In this document: positions 1 to 14,587 of the stretch, piece by piece
Layout: the number at the start of each line of letters is the position of its first letter
How positions within the stretch are numbered: position 1 is the stretch's first letter
Source of the DNA: Proteromonas lacertae
Lineage: Eukaryota
NCBI GenBank assembly: GCA_002245135.1
Contig: NGBS01001162.1
Location: 1-64,000 of the forward strand
Length of the DNA: 64,000 nucleotides
Direction of reading: 5' to 3'
The notes under the pieces: model-generated
What the model saw: only the letters and a program-made list of their open reading frames with translations
What the model was told of the DNA's origin: nothing
The model's database searches: none
Program-made: the position numbers and the translations under genes

Positions 1-3000
1 TGTCTGGCATATTTTTAGAATAGATATTTCACCATTCAAATATAATATTATTCCACTATCATATCTTATATTTATCATATTCTCGATTAAATCACTATAA
101 TAGGAATAATCTCTTGTATATATTCGATAATATTTGTTATTCCTTCTCTACTTGGTAAAGTAGATAATTTCGTTTTAATCAATTTGTATTTACTGTTTTA
201 TACCAATTATTCTCAAATTTATCACATATTTCCCATCCTGTTTCTTCATTAATTTTATATGTATTTATATCGATTCTATTACTAATTCGATTTGCATTTC
301 TCAACATCATATTCACCGTTTCACCTCTTTCATAACCTATTATTATCATTCCATCATCCCAACCATTTTTATATTTACTACTTCCTATTACTGTATATAT
401 TCCTAATGATAAACATCTTGTAAATCCAAATACTTCATTATTATAAAATCCATCATCATAAGATATTATCTTATTCTTTCATAATCAATTAATTCAAACT
501 GCATTTTATTGCCCATACTACACCTAATGATCTATAACTAAAATAACCTTCATTAAATTTACAAAATTCATTTATATCATTTTTATCACTATATTCGTTA
601 TTTCACCACCTCTATTCATCACTGATATTGTTAAAGAATAACTACCAACTATTTTTATCATTCCTGATATTACTCCACTTCTAGGATTCATAAATAAACC
701 AGATGGAATATTTGAACTGGATATTTTCATTATTCCATTTGTTATTGTAGTAGGAATTATGTATATTGTTTCTGATTTTGAAAATGTATAACTTGTTGAA
801 GAATAACTAATTGATGCTTTTCCATTAGGAGATAGATTGATTGTTTTCGTTATTAAATTTTCATTATCATATTCTCCATAACCTAATAATAAATCATTTT
901 CACCTCCTATTCGATAATATCCATGTCTTTCTATATTATTATTATTTATTGTTAGTCTGACTGTTGATGTTGGAGAACATTTACTCACTTTATTATATTC
1001 TCCATCTATGTGATTATTGTTATAATAAATTATATTCGAATTTGAATCTTCGATTGTTATTGACATTCTTTCAGATGTACTTCGATATTCTAAATCATAC
1101 ATATATCCACTATTTCTACAAGCATTTATTGTTATTCGAATTGTCGAACTTATCATTCCTCCTGAATTCTTACATTTTATTACTACTTCTTCATTTATTA
1201 CTGGATTTAATGGAATTCCACTAATTCTACCACTCATTGAATCAAGTTTTAAACCAAATGGAATTGAACTTTCACTTGGAAATACTACTCCACCATCTCC
1301 TTGGTTATATGATGGAATAACATCGAATTCTTCACCTAAATAACCAATTGGATTTCTGGATATATTAATAAGGAAGGAGGAATAACTTCAATGATTGATA
1401 TTGTTACTGTAGTTGATAATTTTATTCCATTTCCTGATAATACAATCGTATGAATTGTGTTTCTTTCTATTGCGGTTGGTTTTCCTTTTATACAACCTTT
1501 CGGATCAAATGATAAGCCAGTTGGTAATGAAGGATTAGAAACAAAAGATGTGAAAGATGAAGGATTTACATTGAAATAGATTGGACAATTAATTGATATT
1601 TCTTGATTATAAACATATTCCATCTTTTGATATTTATATTCCACTAAATTGGAGGAGAATAATATAACAAATCATCAAATGTTCCTTTCATCGAGGGATT
1701 ATCTATTGACGTGTATGTCATTTTGAAGAAAGGAGATTTTGTTAATGAATTCTTATAGAATGTAATTAGAATTGCATTATATCCTGAATATAATCTCACT
1801 TTTCTACTTACACTTTTAGATTCATTATTATCACAATTTGATCTAATTATTTGATTATTTATCTTTACTTCACTATATGAATCTGATGTTATTGTTATAT
1901 AATAATCATCCACATTATCACATTTTATAAAACCACTCCAATACACTAAAAATTCACTCACAAAACTATTACTTAAATCATTCCATATTATTTCATTATT
2001 ATCATGATTAATAAAACTATCTATTTTCTCTACAATACTATTAGAATAACTAGGAACATTACAACTTTCATAATCACTCTTAACTATATAATATTTACTG
2101 TATAATCCTTTGTTATAAGCATTACCTCCATTATTATCTATTATTATTATACTTATGATTATTGTTAATTCTAATGGTAGTTTTCCTTCTACTTTTATCT
2201 TATATGTATTTAAATCACTTGATAATGTACATTTACCACTTATTATTCCTGTTTCATCATCAATTATTAATCCACTTGGAAGAGTTTTTCCTGTTATTGA
2301 AAATTTTGATACATAACCATATATTTCTGGTGTAAAACTATTCTCTTCATTCACATAAAATATTAACATATTATCATTTGGATAGTTAATATATTGTAAG
2401 GGAGGAGGATAGTATTTTGAATTTAGATTTGATATTGAACCACTTGAACTAGAACTTGTATATAATAACACTAAACTTTGATCATTCTTTTCATTATAAG
2501 ATATGATTATTAATGGATGATATCCTACACTTAATGATATATCAGATGATATTAAAACATTGGAATTCTCTGTTTCAATATATGGAATAGAATAATCATC
2601 AATAAATAAATAAGCTTTTTCATTCGCTGTTAATAAAAATGTATATACACCTCCAACATCTACTTTAAATGCTAAATTCCACATTAAATATATTTGATTT
2701 ATCTTATTATCTGTAAATTCACATACACTTGAAGATATACAATCATATTTTACACTATTACTTACTTTTGTTGTAAAACCATATTTCATTTGATAGAAAT
2801 TACTTAATATTTCTTTACCACCATCTTTATTATTTGATAATAAACCACTACCTGCATTGGATATTTCGACTGAAATACCATCTTCTAATAACCCAATTGC
2901 TAATATATCATATTTCAAATCTACTGTTACAAATTTTCCACCTGCATTACTTATCTTTACCTTTATAATTCCACTTGATGTTGATGAATCACTATAAATA

Positions 3001-6000
3001 CCATATATTGAACCATATTTATGATCGATAAGTAATCCATTTGGTAAGACAGATGATACTTCTACTTCCGTATATATTTTATCACATTTTGGAGGTAATA
3101 TTTTGAAAAATACATTTTGAGGAATATAGAATTCACTTTGGCCATAACTGCAACTTGTTAAATTAGAATATATCACTAGTGTGGCTGTAAATATACAATA
3201 TCGATTATCAATTGTTTTGGCTGTTATTGTATATATTTCTTCATTTATATCATAACTTACTTTACCAGATATTCTACCATTATTATCAATTGATAATGTA
3301 CTTATTAGAGGAGGATCAATTGATTCAATAAGATTTATTGGAGTATTACATGTTGGATTAGCAGAAAATAATTCATTCACTTTTTTCATAATCTTTGAAC
3401 CATATTCGCATATTGGAATCTCTTCATATTTTATTATTGTAAAGGTTTTACTAAATATGGATATTTGATTGTTATTATAAGCACATTTGATTTTTACTAA
3501 TATCGAATTACCACTACTTATTTTACCACTTATTCTACCTGATTCACTATTTATTGATAAACCAGGATAACTACCATCAAACGAGTATGATTGATATTCT
3601 GGTTTGGATATTACATTTCTATTTGTATTATAGTTATTATATAATATATAATTATCATATTCCAATGTTGTTGGTTTATTATTATATATTCCTATTGACA
3701 TTAAATAACTAGAACTCCATCCTCTTTTATTTTGAACTTGAATTTCATAGTCTTCTCGAGATATTTCGGAGTTTGGAATTCCACTAATTTCACCTGTATT
3801 ACTATTAAATAATGATAATGGAGGAGTAATTCGATATATCAGATTGTTCATATCACCACTTATTACAGTTGGTATTGTTGAATCAATATTATCTCCTACA
3901 TAATATGTTAAATATTGTTTATTATAACTAATTGTTGGATATTTCAATTCACACTTCGAATGAACTTTCCATTCAGTTCTACCAGATACATATAAACATT
4001 GTTTCTTATCTAAACCTTCATAATGTTCTATACAATTCTTTGTCTTGTTTTCATTTGGACCACCTGATCCCATTTCATCATTCTCATCTATGCATTCAAC
4101 ATCTATATGAAATATAAATAGATAATTTAAATATGTTATATTATACAGATTATATGTAAAGTTATTTCTTCAAAATGAGAATTATCTCCTCCATCACCTT
4201 TTACTCTTATTGTTCTGTCATATGTTGAACTTGTTTTAACTGCTCCTTTTATTTCACCAGTATGAAAATCAATTTCAATACCTTCTGGTAAAGCAACAGA
4301 ATCACTATAGTAATATGAAGGAAATTCGGAATTCACTGGATGAGATGGTTTATAAGAAACATAAACATTTCGTATGAAATTCAAAGTATCAGGATAATTG
4401 AAACTTGTTGGAAGTGAATTATAAACAGCTATTGAAATAATAAATTCTTCACTCCATCCTCTCGAATTAAGTGCTTGAATTGAGAAATTCTTTCTATCAA
4501 ATGATTCTGTTGGTATTCCATTAAAACTACAACTTGAAGGATTAAATATATTAAATGATGGATTAATTTGACATCTTAAAAAGTTTGTTTGAGGGGAATA
4601 TGTAATTGTCAATGAGGCAGATGCATCTTTATAGAAAGATATATAATCTGTTGATGAAGTCAATGAAATATATTTCAATAAACATTCAGAATTCTGTTTC
4701 CATTTTATTGTATTACCTTCTAAAATACATGTTTTATTATCTAAACCTTCATAACCAGATTTACATTCGTTTATTACTATTTCATTCATTATTCCAACTG
4801 GATCTGAACATTTCATTTCTTCAGCTACTTTATAATTGAAGGAATTACTTTTTGAATCAAATGTGACAGTCAATTGACTATTTCCTGGTGTTACAGAACT
4901 ATCAACTTTACCACTTATTACTCCATTATATTTATTAATCGTAATATCACTTGGTTGATTAGATATTACCCAATTTGATACATCTCCATCTACTGTTGGT
5001 TTATATGAAACTGAAAAATCTTTATAAAATATCAATTCATCATATTTTACAGAATTGGCAGGACATACATTTCCAGGTTTATTGGTTGATGGATCTAAAC
5101 ATTTAGGTTCTATACATTAGAATATATAATTAATAAATATAATAATAATATACTATTCACTTGAATAAATACCATCGAAGATAATTTGCTTAAATCAAAA
5201 AATGTTATCGTAATTGTAAATTGAGTTCTTTCTAATTCAGTATATGGAGTTCCACTGATTATTCCATTCTTATTATCAAAATTTATGCCTAATGGTAAAT
5301 CTTTATCAATTGAATATCCTTTTATTGATTTACTATCTGATTCTGGTTTAGTTTCACTGTAATAACCAACATAGAATGATACAATCATTGGATCATAATT
5401 GATTGAACTTGGTTTAATCAATTCACAATTATCTGTTATTGAAGATGACCATCTTTGATCGGATAAACATTCTCGAACTTTATTTCCTTCATATCCACTA
5501 CTACATTTCATGTAACACTTATTACCTACACTACAATCTTTCCATTCATCTTCATTTGCACAATATTTCATTATTCCCCATCTAGGTACAAATTCTGCTA
5601 ATTGAATTCCTTTACCAAATGATCCTTCCCAATTCTTCACTTTTAATATTTTTATTAAAAAACCTTCATAAGGTAAATAATATGGATTATCAAATCCAAA
5701 ACTCTTTCCAACTCCACGATCATTTGATAATTCTCCTTTTTCTACGGAATGTAATAATATGATATATTCAGTTGGATTTGTATTACTAGCATCTAATACA
5801 TCAGTTATACCATATATTTCCCACTTATCAGGATCTTTATCAGCATAATTTGAAGCAGTAATCATATCATAACTATTCATATATAAAGCAGTATTACTAT
5901 TAAATGTAATAAGTACATTAACACTTTGTGCAGTGGAAGTCATTTGAGTATTTATTCTATCATCTGCCATTGGACAAGAACCATAATCAGTATTTCCAAT

Positions 6001-9000
6001 TCTACATTTTAAACTATTATAATAACCATCAAATACATTATCACTTACTCCTTCTTCTCCATACTCCAATTTGAATTGAAAATCACCTATTGCAGTACTT
6101 GCACTTGTACTATGTATTTCAATTGCAATATAAACAAAACCGACGTTCATTACAGATAATGGAACTTGAAATATATACTCTTTTGCTGATGAAAAGAAAT
6201 TAACAGCATAAGTTGTAGCAGTTACATCATTTCCATCAAATTTCATATTTCTTCTATATATTTGTTTTCCATTTATATAAATAATCACTCCATTTTTATA
6301 AGTGACAGTTCCCTTAATGAATAAAGAAGAAGGATGAGAATCATAATAGAAATATTTTCTTAAATATAAAACCCCATTTGTTGTTGTTGTTGGTATAGTA
6401 GCACTATTACATGTTAAACTCCATTTATTATTCTCAAAGCCTGTTTTCCAATTTGTTTCATAGACAGTATTATATTCATACTCTTCATCAGGAATATTCT
6501 CAATTATGTATTTATATCTAATAATATGTGTTTCAGTTGATTTATCATGAGAAAATACTGCTTCACCAAATAATTTTGTGTTTTTATCTGTTTTAACTAC
6601 CAATTTAGTTGTATCACTATCAAACATATCAGATCTAGAGAATATCACTTGAATTGCACCTCGAGCTTTACAAAATGAATAATAAAAATGATAATCAGAT
6701 TCAGGTATTATTGTAGTATATATTGATTCACTCTCATAGTTAATCTCGACATTTTGAATTGAATGACTATTAGATAATGTATATTCTGTTGTATATAATA
6801 AATCATAGTCATTTTTGCATTTATCTTTACTTATTAATGTTATTGTTGTTGGTTCACTATCTCCATGTGAATTTGTTGCTTTTATAATTATTTCATAAAT
6901 TTTACTAGTTTCTAAATAACCACTTATTTCTCCTGTTTTTTCATTAAACTCAATATGATGAGGTAATGATGTTGAGATTAATATAAAATGATCTGCACCA
7001 TTTATTACATAAGGTGAAACATAGATTGAGGTAAAAATATAAACATTAATCACTGTCTTTGAAAATCGAACAATTGGAATATCATTTGTATTGGTGGAAA
7101 AAGTTAGTGAAACTGTATTTTCATCATTACTGATTCGATTATAAGTATAAAGTACATTATCAAAATAGATCTGATAACTTGGACCTCTTTTTCCTCCATT
7201 AATAATTAAGAAATTAATAGATTTAGATGATAAACAACCTACATAACTATATTCTTCGATTGAATTATGACTTGTTTTACTATAATATATGTTAGATCCA
7301 TCATCAATCTTTACACTAAACAATCCATCATATGAATAATAATTCATAAAAATAAACCTATAACCTGGATCACATGGAAGAATAGTTAATTTCCAATTAT
7401 ATTCTATTAGATTCTTATAGGTTTTACATCTGACTGTCACAACTCCATCAAATGTCTCTTTAGGTGCTCCTTTTATTTCTCCAGTTTTTCTATCAATTAA
7501 AACACCTTTAGGAGCATTGATTAAAGCAAACCAAAATACATAATCATAATTTGCTATTGTAGGTTTTAAATCTGACAATATATCTCCCAAATGCATTGAG
7601 ATTTCTGGATAATATAATTCAATTTCATCAGATGGTTCTAACATTGTCATTGTGAATTTCACTGGATAATATCCACCATTACTATCTCCTACTTTTATTA
7701 ATGTTGTATATTCAACTGTAAATGATATATATTCTTCTATTTTACCACTAATACTCCCATCATTATCTAAATGTAATCCTTTTGGCAACGAGGGAGTAAT
7801 TGAAGCATCTGACAATGTTTTTCCAACAAAATACTTTGTCAATATAATAATCTTATTAGTTTCTATTTCCATTCCTATTTCATATTGAGCTATTTCATTA
7901 GTATATCTAAAAGGCTCACCATCTATTATAAACGAATTCTCATATACTGGATGATAATTTGTATTAATTGGAGGTATTATATTATTACCAGTATTATCAC
8001 TAATTAAAATATCATAAGTAACATTATCATCATTATTACTTTTCCAATATTTAAATACTAAATCTAAATTTTGTGGTCTACTGAACATTAATGCATCAGA
8101 TGTAAATTCTCCTGTTTCACATGTTAATTTTGAATACTCATTATAAAACTTTACATATAATGCACCACTTCCTTTCATTCTCCATCTTATGTGAATAGTA
8201 TTTGTTACTACTACTTTTGATTTATAGACTACACCCCAAGCTTTCATAAAATTTCTGTTTAATCCATCTGGTAATCTTGTTGATGGTTGAACTACACCAT
8301 TAGGAAATTTAAATAGTTTCTTAATATCTGGTTGTTTTGTATCAAAATCAGTATGTGAAATATCTGTACATTCATCTATTGATCTTAATGAGTAGTAATT
8401 TCCTTCAGTATATCCTACACAATATATTTCTCCCGTGTTATTAACAGTAGTATTTGTTGTAACTGAATAGAACATTGAATTATCCTTCTTATATAGTTTT
8501 CCTTCTAATTTTATTACTTTTAATATTGGATTTGATGTAGTGATAGAAATTTTCCCAAAATTATTAATCCCTGAAACATCAATATCTGAATCTGAAGTAG
8601 GAGTTGAATAGAATAAAGTACCAATTAAAGTAACATATTGACTAAAGCCATTTGTAACTGTATAAAAATTACTTGAAAATTCAAATTTTTGTAATGGTTG
8701 AACATCAACATAAAATGGATGAATATCTGTGTTTATTGATTGCATTGTTGACATACTAGGACTTTTATAGTTTGTATAAAGACCTTGTTGGCCATTTTCA
8801 GCAAAAGCTAATAATTTAATTGGATAATAACCTTTTGTTAATGTCACCTTATAAGTAAATGCATTATCCCATCCTGTAGTAACTCCTTCTGGTTTAGTCA
8901 TATTACTTCCAAAATATAAAGCTGCATAATCATCATATCTTATTTGAAACTGATATTCTCCATCTTCTTCTGCTTTGAATATTGCAGAAAATAAAATATA

Positions 9001-10231
9001 AAGCTGAACAAACTTTCCAGCTGTTTCATCACATTCTGTACATTCATAATGTAAATCTGTTATAACTCGCATATTCTCTATATTTCCTAAATGAAAACTC
9101 TTAAAGTGTTTTTCATATTCAAATGTATTACCTTGGTTTTCTTTACTTAAATACATTGTAAACCCTCTCATTGAATCTGGATCTAATATATGGAAAACAA
9201 TATCAACTATGTTGTGAATATGATTTGTAGTATCACTCAATATTAACTTCACTGGATAAGTTTTACTTCTATCAATATATTCAGATAATACTCCTACTAT
9301 CAATCCTGTATTCATATTCAATTCTAAACCAGGTAATAAAAATGATCCATCATCTAATATCACTGATGTTATTTCACATTTAGGTGGTCCAAGTATTACT
9401 GTTGTAATTGGAGTTACATAAATATCCTTCTGAAGTGTATATTGACATTCAAATTTGGGATATACAGTAATTTCTATATCAACTATTACAGATACACCTT
9501 TAGCAAATGTATAGTTGAATTTATGAATAACAGAATCCATTTTATATTTTAAATTATTTATATATATCATACCATTATTATGTAATGTAAATCCTGTTGA
9601 TAAAGCTGGAGTAACTGTTGTTTCTATTACTTTGGAATTACAAATTGGATAGATTATTCTATCTTCACCAATATTTAGTTCAAGTGGGGATTGTAATGAA
9701 CATGAATAACTTGAACTACTTGTAGCTGATGCACGAATTGTGATTGTTAACTGTGTTGATATTGTATGTTCTCCTACTACTGATACTGTACATGGAACTT
9801 GATATACTTCTTCTTCTGGAATTCCATATATTGTTCCATTCTTCGCATCTATCACTAAACCTTTCGGTAATGATTCAGCTGAAAATGTATATGAAGAGGA
9901 ATAAGGTAAGACGGAAGGGATTTGATGTTGAATGTTTGTACCAATATATCCATTTATAGTGATTTGAGGATAATTTATCTCAAAAGGGTAAGGATCATCT
10001 ATGAAATTATTACATTTCGAATATACGACAATTTTTTTCAAACATTTGTTCCCACTCAATTGCACCACCTTTATTCCTACATAATCTCTGTCTCTTACCA
10101 TATAGACCAGTTGGACAGTCAATTGAAGCTACTGTTCCTTCTTCAGTCTCTGACCACACTCCATCCTCTGGGCACTGAGCTCCAAATATTATGTTAATCA
10201 TAAAAAGCACAGTTATCAATTTTAACCACAT
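1..10231 (-). CDS. Giant secreted/surface protein (>3300 codons, runs off window start): signal peptide, HRM-like Cys modules, many putative-Ig (He_PIG-like) repeats, PA14-like domains, jelly-roll carbohydrate-binding-like domains
   Basis: ORFs 10010-10231, 5110-10122, 4136-5035 and 1644-4073 join in frame via GT-AG introns 9999-10026, 5110-5153 and 4103-4146. Recurrent LPxGLxIDxxTGxISGxP motifs; PA14-like GxYxFxxxYDDY; CxxDGxWxxT...C...G...RxC modules. The part below ~1650 needs about 8 frameshifts to stay in frame. Confidence 0.85.
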
Positions 10232-10348
10232 TTTCTGATAATATTAAAAATGTGATCGTTTCAAATCTTTCTCGATTGTTATTTTTTGTTTCGATTGTTT
10301 TAATGGTTGTTTCATTAAAAAATAAGATCCGTTTTTTGATTCAAAATT

Positions 10349-12644
10349 ATGAGTGATAAAAATCATCATAAACATTCTAAACATCATCATAAGAAAGAAA
10401 ATAATTATACATTAACAGAAACCCAAAAGAGTAATACAAATAGTATATTTGATGATTTAGAATCTGCCAAGAGAATGGTAGATAAATACACAGTATTTTG
10501 TTTTACTATTATTTTGTAAAGGCAAATCCATATATGGATAGATCAGAAATTTTAGAGAAGAAAAATCCATTCTCTGATACTGAAACAATACCTAGACCTG
10601 CTGATTTTGTTAGTACAACACCAGAGTATTATAAAATATTGAATCAACATACTATACCAGTTACTTCAGCTTCTGTTCCTTCAATTCCAATTTCTACTAC
10701 TAATTCCAACCCTCTACCAAATCCATATACCTTATCATCAAACTATGATGTTAATCCAACTCAATTATCATCAAATTATCACTCAGATCCATATTTGAAT
10801 AAATTACCTCAATATACAACCTCAATTCCTCAAACTGCTAATTATGTAAATATTCCACCACAGCAAACTCATTATACGCCATCGTATCAACCATCAACCT
10901 ATGAACCACCACCAGTAAATTATCATCCTATTGATCAAAATCAGCAATCACATTCTTTATTTGGTTTTCCCTATGAATCTGCTCAACCTCCTAAAATCCA
11001 ACCGATTAACCAAACTCCCTTATCTATAAGAAGTAGATGGAGTGATATATACAGAGAATTAGATTCTTTTAACAATATAATGTATATATAATTTCATTCT
11101 ATATAATAATACAATAGCAATACATTTGAATATAGTCTTAGAGCTGTAAATACAAGTGAATTGGGAATATCTAACAATTTCGAGAAATTTCATGATTCAA
11201 TGAGAAAAATCAAAATACAAATACAATATATACAACACGATATAGATGAAGTAATGATACATCAAGCAGGATTAACAGAAGAAATAAATCACCTTAAAAT
11301 ACAGATAGTAGAAAAACAAAAACAGTATGAATATCATTTTATATTGTTTAGAGATGAAAATCAATCCAAAATTCATGAGAATATACTTCAAACAAAGACA
11401 TTAACTTTACGAAGAGAGTTAGAGACTGCTGAAGCATCTAAAAGAATATTAGAGAAACAATTACAAGATTTAATAAAGCAATCAACAGAAGATCAATTAT
11501 TCAAGCAACAAAAGGAGAGAGAGAATAACGAATTTAGACAACAGATGGCAATAAATGAACAAAGATTACAAGCAGCAACAAATGAGAAGAACAGTTTAAC
11601 AAATCAATTATCCGAACTTACATTAAAACTGGGAGAGGTAGAAAGACAGGCTCGAATGACTCAAACTTCAACATCCTCAATAGTAACAGATTATGAAGTA
11701 TTAAAAAGTTATAAAAGTGAATTAGAAGGGGAAGTTTTGAAATTAAAAAACAAAATACAAGAGCAAAGTAAATTATTGTCAGAAAAAGAAACTCTATTTA
11801 TTGAAGAAACTACAAAATTAAGAACAACTAATGATTTATTAAGACAGCAAATAAATGAAAAGAATATAATGATACAGAATAGTCAACAACTGTCAGATTC
11901 TGAAAAACAGAATTACATATCTCAAATTAATGATTTAAATAAGAAAATAGTAGAATTATCACAATCACAAGAAGATCAGAATAAAGTGAATCAATTAGAA
12001 AGTATGTTGCAAGATTACATAACTAAATGGTATATATATATATATATATATATAATTCTAATATATATAGTAATGAGTATGAAAATCAATATAATAATTT
12101 GAATGATGAATATTCATATTTAAATGACAAATATACAAACATGCTGCAATTTCATAATGAATCAAAATCCAAAATAGGTATTAGTTACAATATTTCTATA
12201 TCACATATAGAACAATATGAAATGAGAATAAATGAACTTCAAAATGATTTGCAGAAAGAACAAATTAAATCAGAAGAATTGGAAAGACAAATTGGTTCAA
12301 TCACTGTAGCAAAAACAATGTCAAGCAATAATAATAATAACAATAATAATAATAATCTCTATAGTTCAGTTAAATCATCTCCATTTATATCAAAACAGTT
12401 AAACCAATCTCATAATAGTAACAATAACAACTATAATTCTCCATTAAATAATAGAGATTATACCAATAACAACAATATTTCACAGTCAAATATAAATCCA
12501 CCAGATGAACCATCATTGAATAACAGTAGAATTAATAATAATCTAATGGATGATAATTTATCTACTTCATCTCTAAATAACTCAGTGAAAATATCAACTC
12601 CATCATCAGCTTTAAAATCAAATTCCTTCACTTATAATAACAAC

Positions 12645-12683
<39 letters not shown>

Positions 12684-13126
12684 CGTAATGAAACAGATAA
12701 TAAGTTAAATTTGAATAAGAATTTACCTCCAACTCCAAATTACCATGATCAACCAAAGAAATTACTACAAAAGAAGATGAAGAAACCTGATTTTAGTTTT
12801 GGAGGAATAAGAAGTAGTGAGAATGAAAAATTGTATATATAATAATATATATTGGATTATGTTTATTATTTTCTAGTAATCTTACTACAACAACTACTAC
12901 AGCTACTAATAAACCACCTTTAGAATTATTTCAGAATAATTTAAAAAATAATAGCAATAATGGAGTAAAACCATATTATTCATCTTCAATAGGATCTTTT
13001 GCTATTAAACCAACAAGTACTATTGGTAGTGGAAATATATATGGAAATGTAAAGATATTACCATCGACTAGTAATGCGTCTCTTAAAGAGATAATAGACA
13101 GAGGTGAAGAGGAAGAAGATTTTTAA
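10349..13126 (+). CDS. Coiled-coil protein with Pro/Tyr/Gln-rich N-terminal region and Asn-rich C-terminal region, function unknown
   Basis: ATG 10349; introns 10493-10521, 11082-11117, 11325-11351, ~12030-12070, 12178-12210 and ~12833-12876 link ORFs 10498, 11161 and 12027; long E/K/Q/L heptad region; poly-Asn from (AAT)n. Confidence 0.75.
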
Positions 13127-13422
13127 TTTGTTTATTATTTTACTTTTTAATTGGTTTTTATATCATAAATAAAGAGGTTTATGAACTGTCAATTATTACT
13201 ATATTTTCAATAATCATTTCAGTAAGCTGATTAATAAATTTAACATATTTCACTTATTTTAACATTCATCTTCTTTAATCTATTAATAAAACCAATAGTG
13301 GATGTAGTTGAAATGAAAATAATGTATTATTTTATTTGTTAATAACATATTATTTTATAATTTATAAATCAAATATATTATTAAAACAAATTAATTTGAA
13401 AATTCTTTCTATCACTTCTTAA

Positions 13423-14490
13423 TCACACATTCTCTGTTTCTTTTGTTTCCACAACTCCAGGAATAGTGTTTTGACTAATTATTACTACTTCTGGTTGTTT
13501 CTCTTCTTGTTTATTTTCCTCCTTCTTTTCTTCTTGATTTTCTTCTCGTTTTTTTTCCTTCTCCTCGGGTAGTTGTTCTGGTACATTACCAGATTCTAAT
13601 TTAACCATCTCAATTGTATTGAGTGTGTTGTTATACTGTTCAGAAAATGCATTTAGTGGTGGTGGAGGTTGAGGTGGTAATTCTTGTTGAACTACCACTG
13701 ATTCTACTGCTGCAAATGGTCTAACAGCAGCATCACTCTGAAATAGTGTTTCATTGTGAGATGCTTGAGAAATACGATAAATCCAATAAATTTCTTCCGA
13801 CACAGCAATTAAAAAATGCAAGTAATACAGCAAATATAAAGTATATAATCCACTGAGCTAAATCAGATTTATAACTATCAAGATGATCATCATTACAGTC
13901 ATCCGAATATTTTAAGCATTCATCATAATCTGCTTTAAGAGCGCTTTTCCATACTAATAATACGCCACATGCAATACACTAAAATGACATAAAAATGAAG
14001 AAAAATACAACAAAAACAGCAAAACAAAAATTACAGCAGGTAGCACATTCTGTACCTAATGTTTGTACTGGAGTAGGCCAAAATGCACATGGGCAACATC
14101 CAGGACAATAAATAATATCATCTGATTGTTGATTATTCTGATTCACATTTCTACTGCCTCTCATTTTTCTCAGACAGGAAACAGTTTTATCACTAATAAA
14201 TAACCATACTTTATCACATATTGGAAGTATAGAACTAATAACAACTAATAAATTAAGAAAAGATAGAATCCAAAACGTAGTTCTTATAAGAGCATAATTT
14301 AAATTATATTCTACAACCATTGCTGTAAATATGAGTAGTAGTATTGGACTCTATAATAAGATAGAAGCAAAAATACAATTAACAGCCAACATTCCCTTCT
14401 TTGATATGTTCTACAACAACTAAATTTGTTATAACAAAAATCTCCACATTCATGAGTAGGTACAGTATTTAAATGACCTAAACGATCCAT
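13423..14490 (-). CDS. Multi-pass (about 4 TM) membrane protein with a Cys-rich loop (CPGCCPC) and an acidic C-tail
   Basis: ATG 14490; two ~30 nt introns (~14351-14383, ~13979-14008). One extra base in the A6 run at 13811-13816 must be removed to give a clean helix (IIYFIFAVLLAFLIAV) running into ORF 13423-13833. Confidence 0.6.
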
Positions 14491-14587
14491 TTTAAAACAG
14501 AAGAAAACGGCTCTAATTTTGGAAATAAAAAAACGTAAAATTCAAAACAACAGAGACATATATATTTATTGACAAATTAATAACTAT

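Noticed and set aside
12327..12680. (AAT)n tracts as independent repeat elements
   Set aside because: They encode poly-Asn within a CDS, which is ordinary for AT-rich protists.
13811..13816. Frameshift suggesting a pseudogene
   Set aside because: Single lesion in a 6-base homopolymer with intact coding on both sides; most likely a sequencing error.
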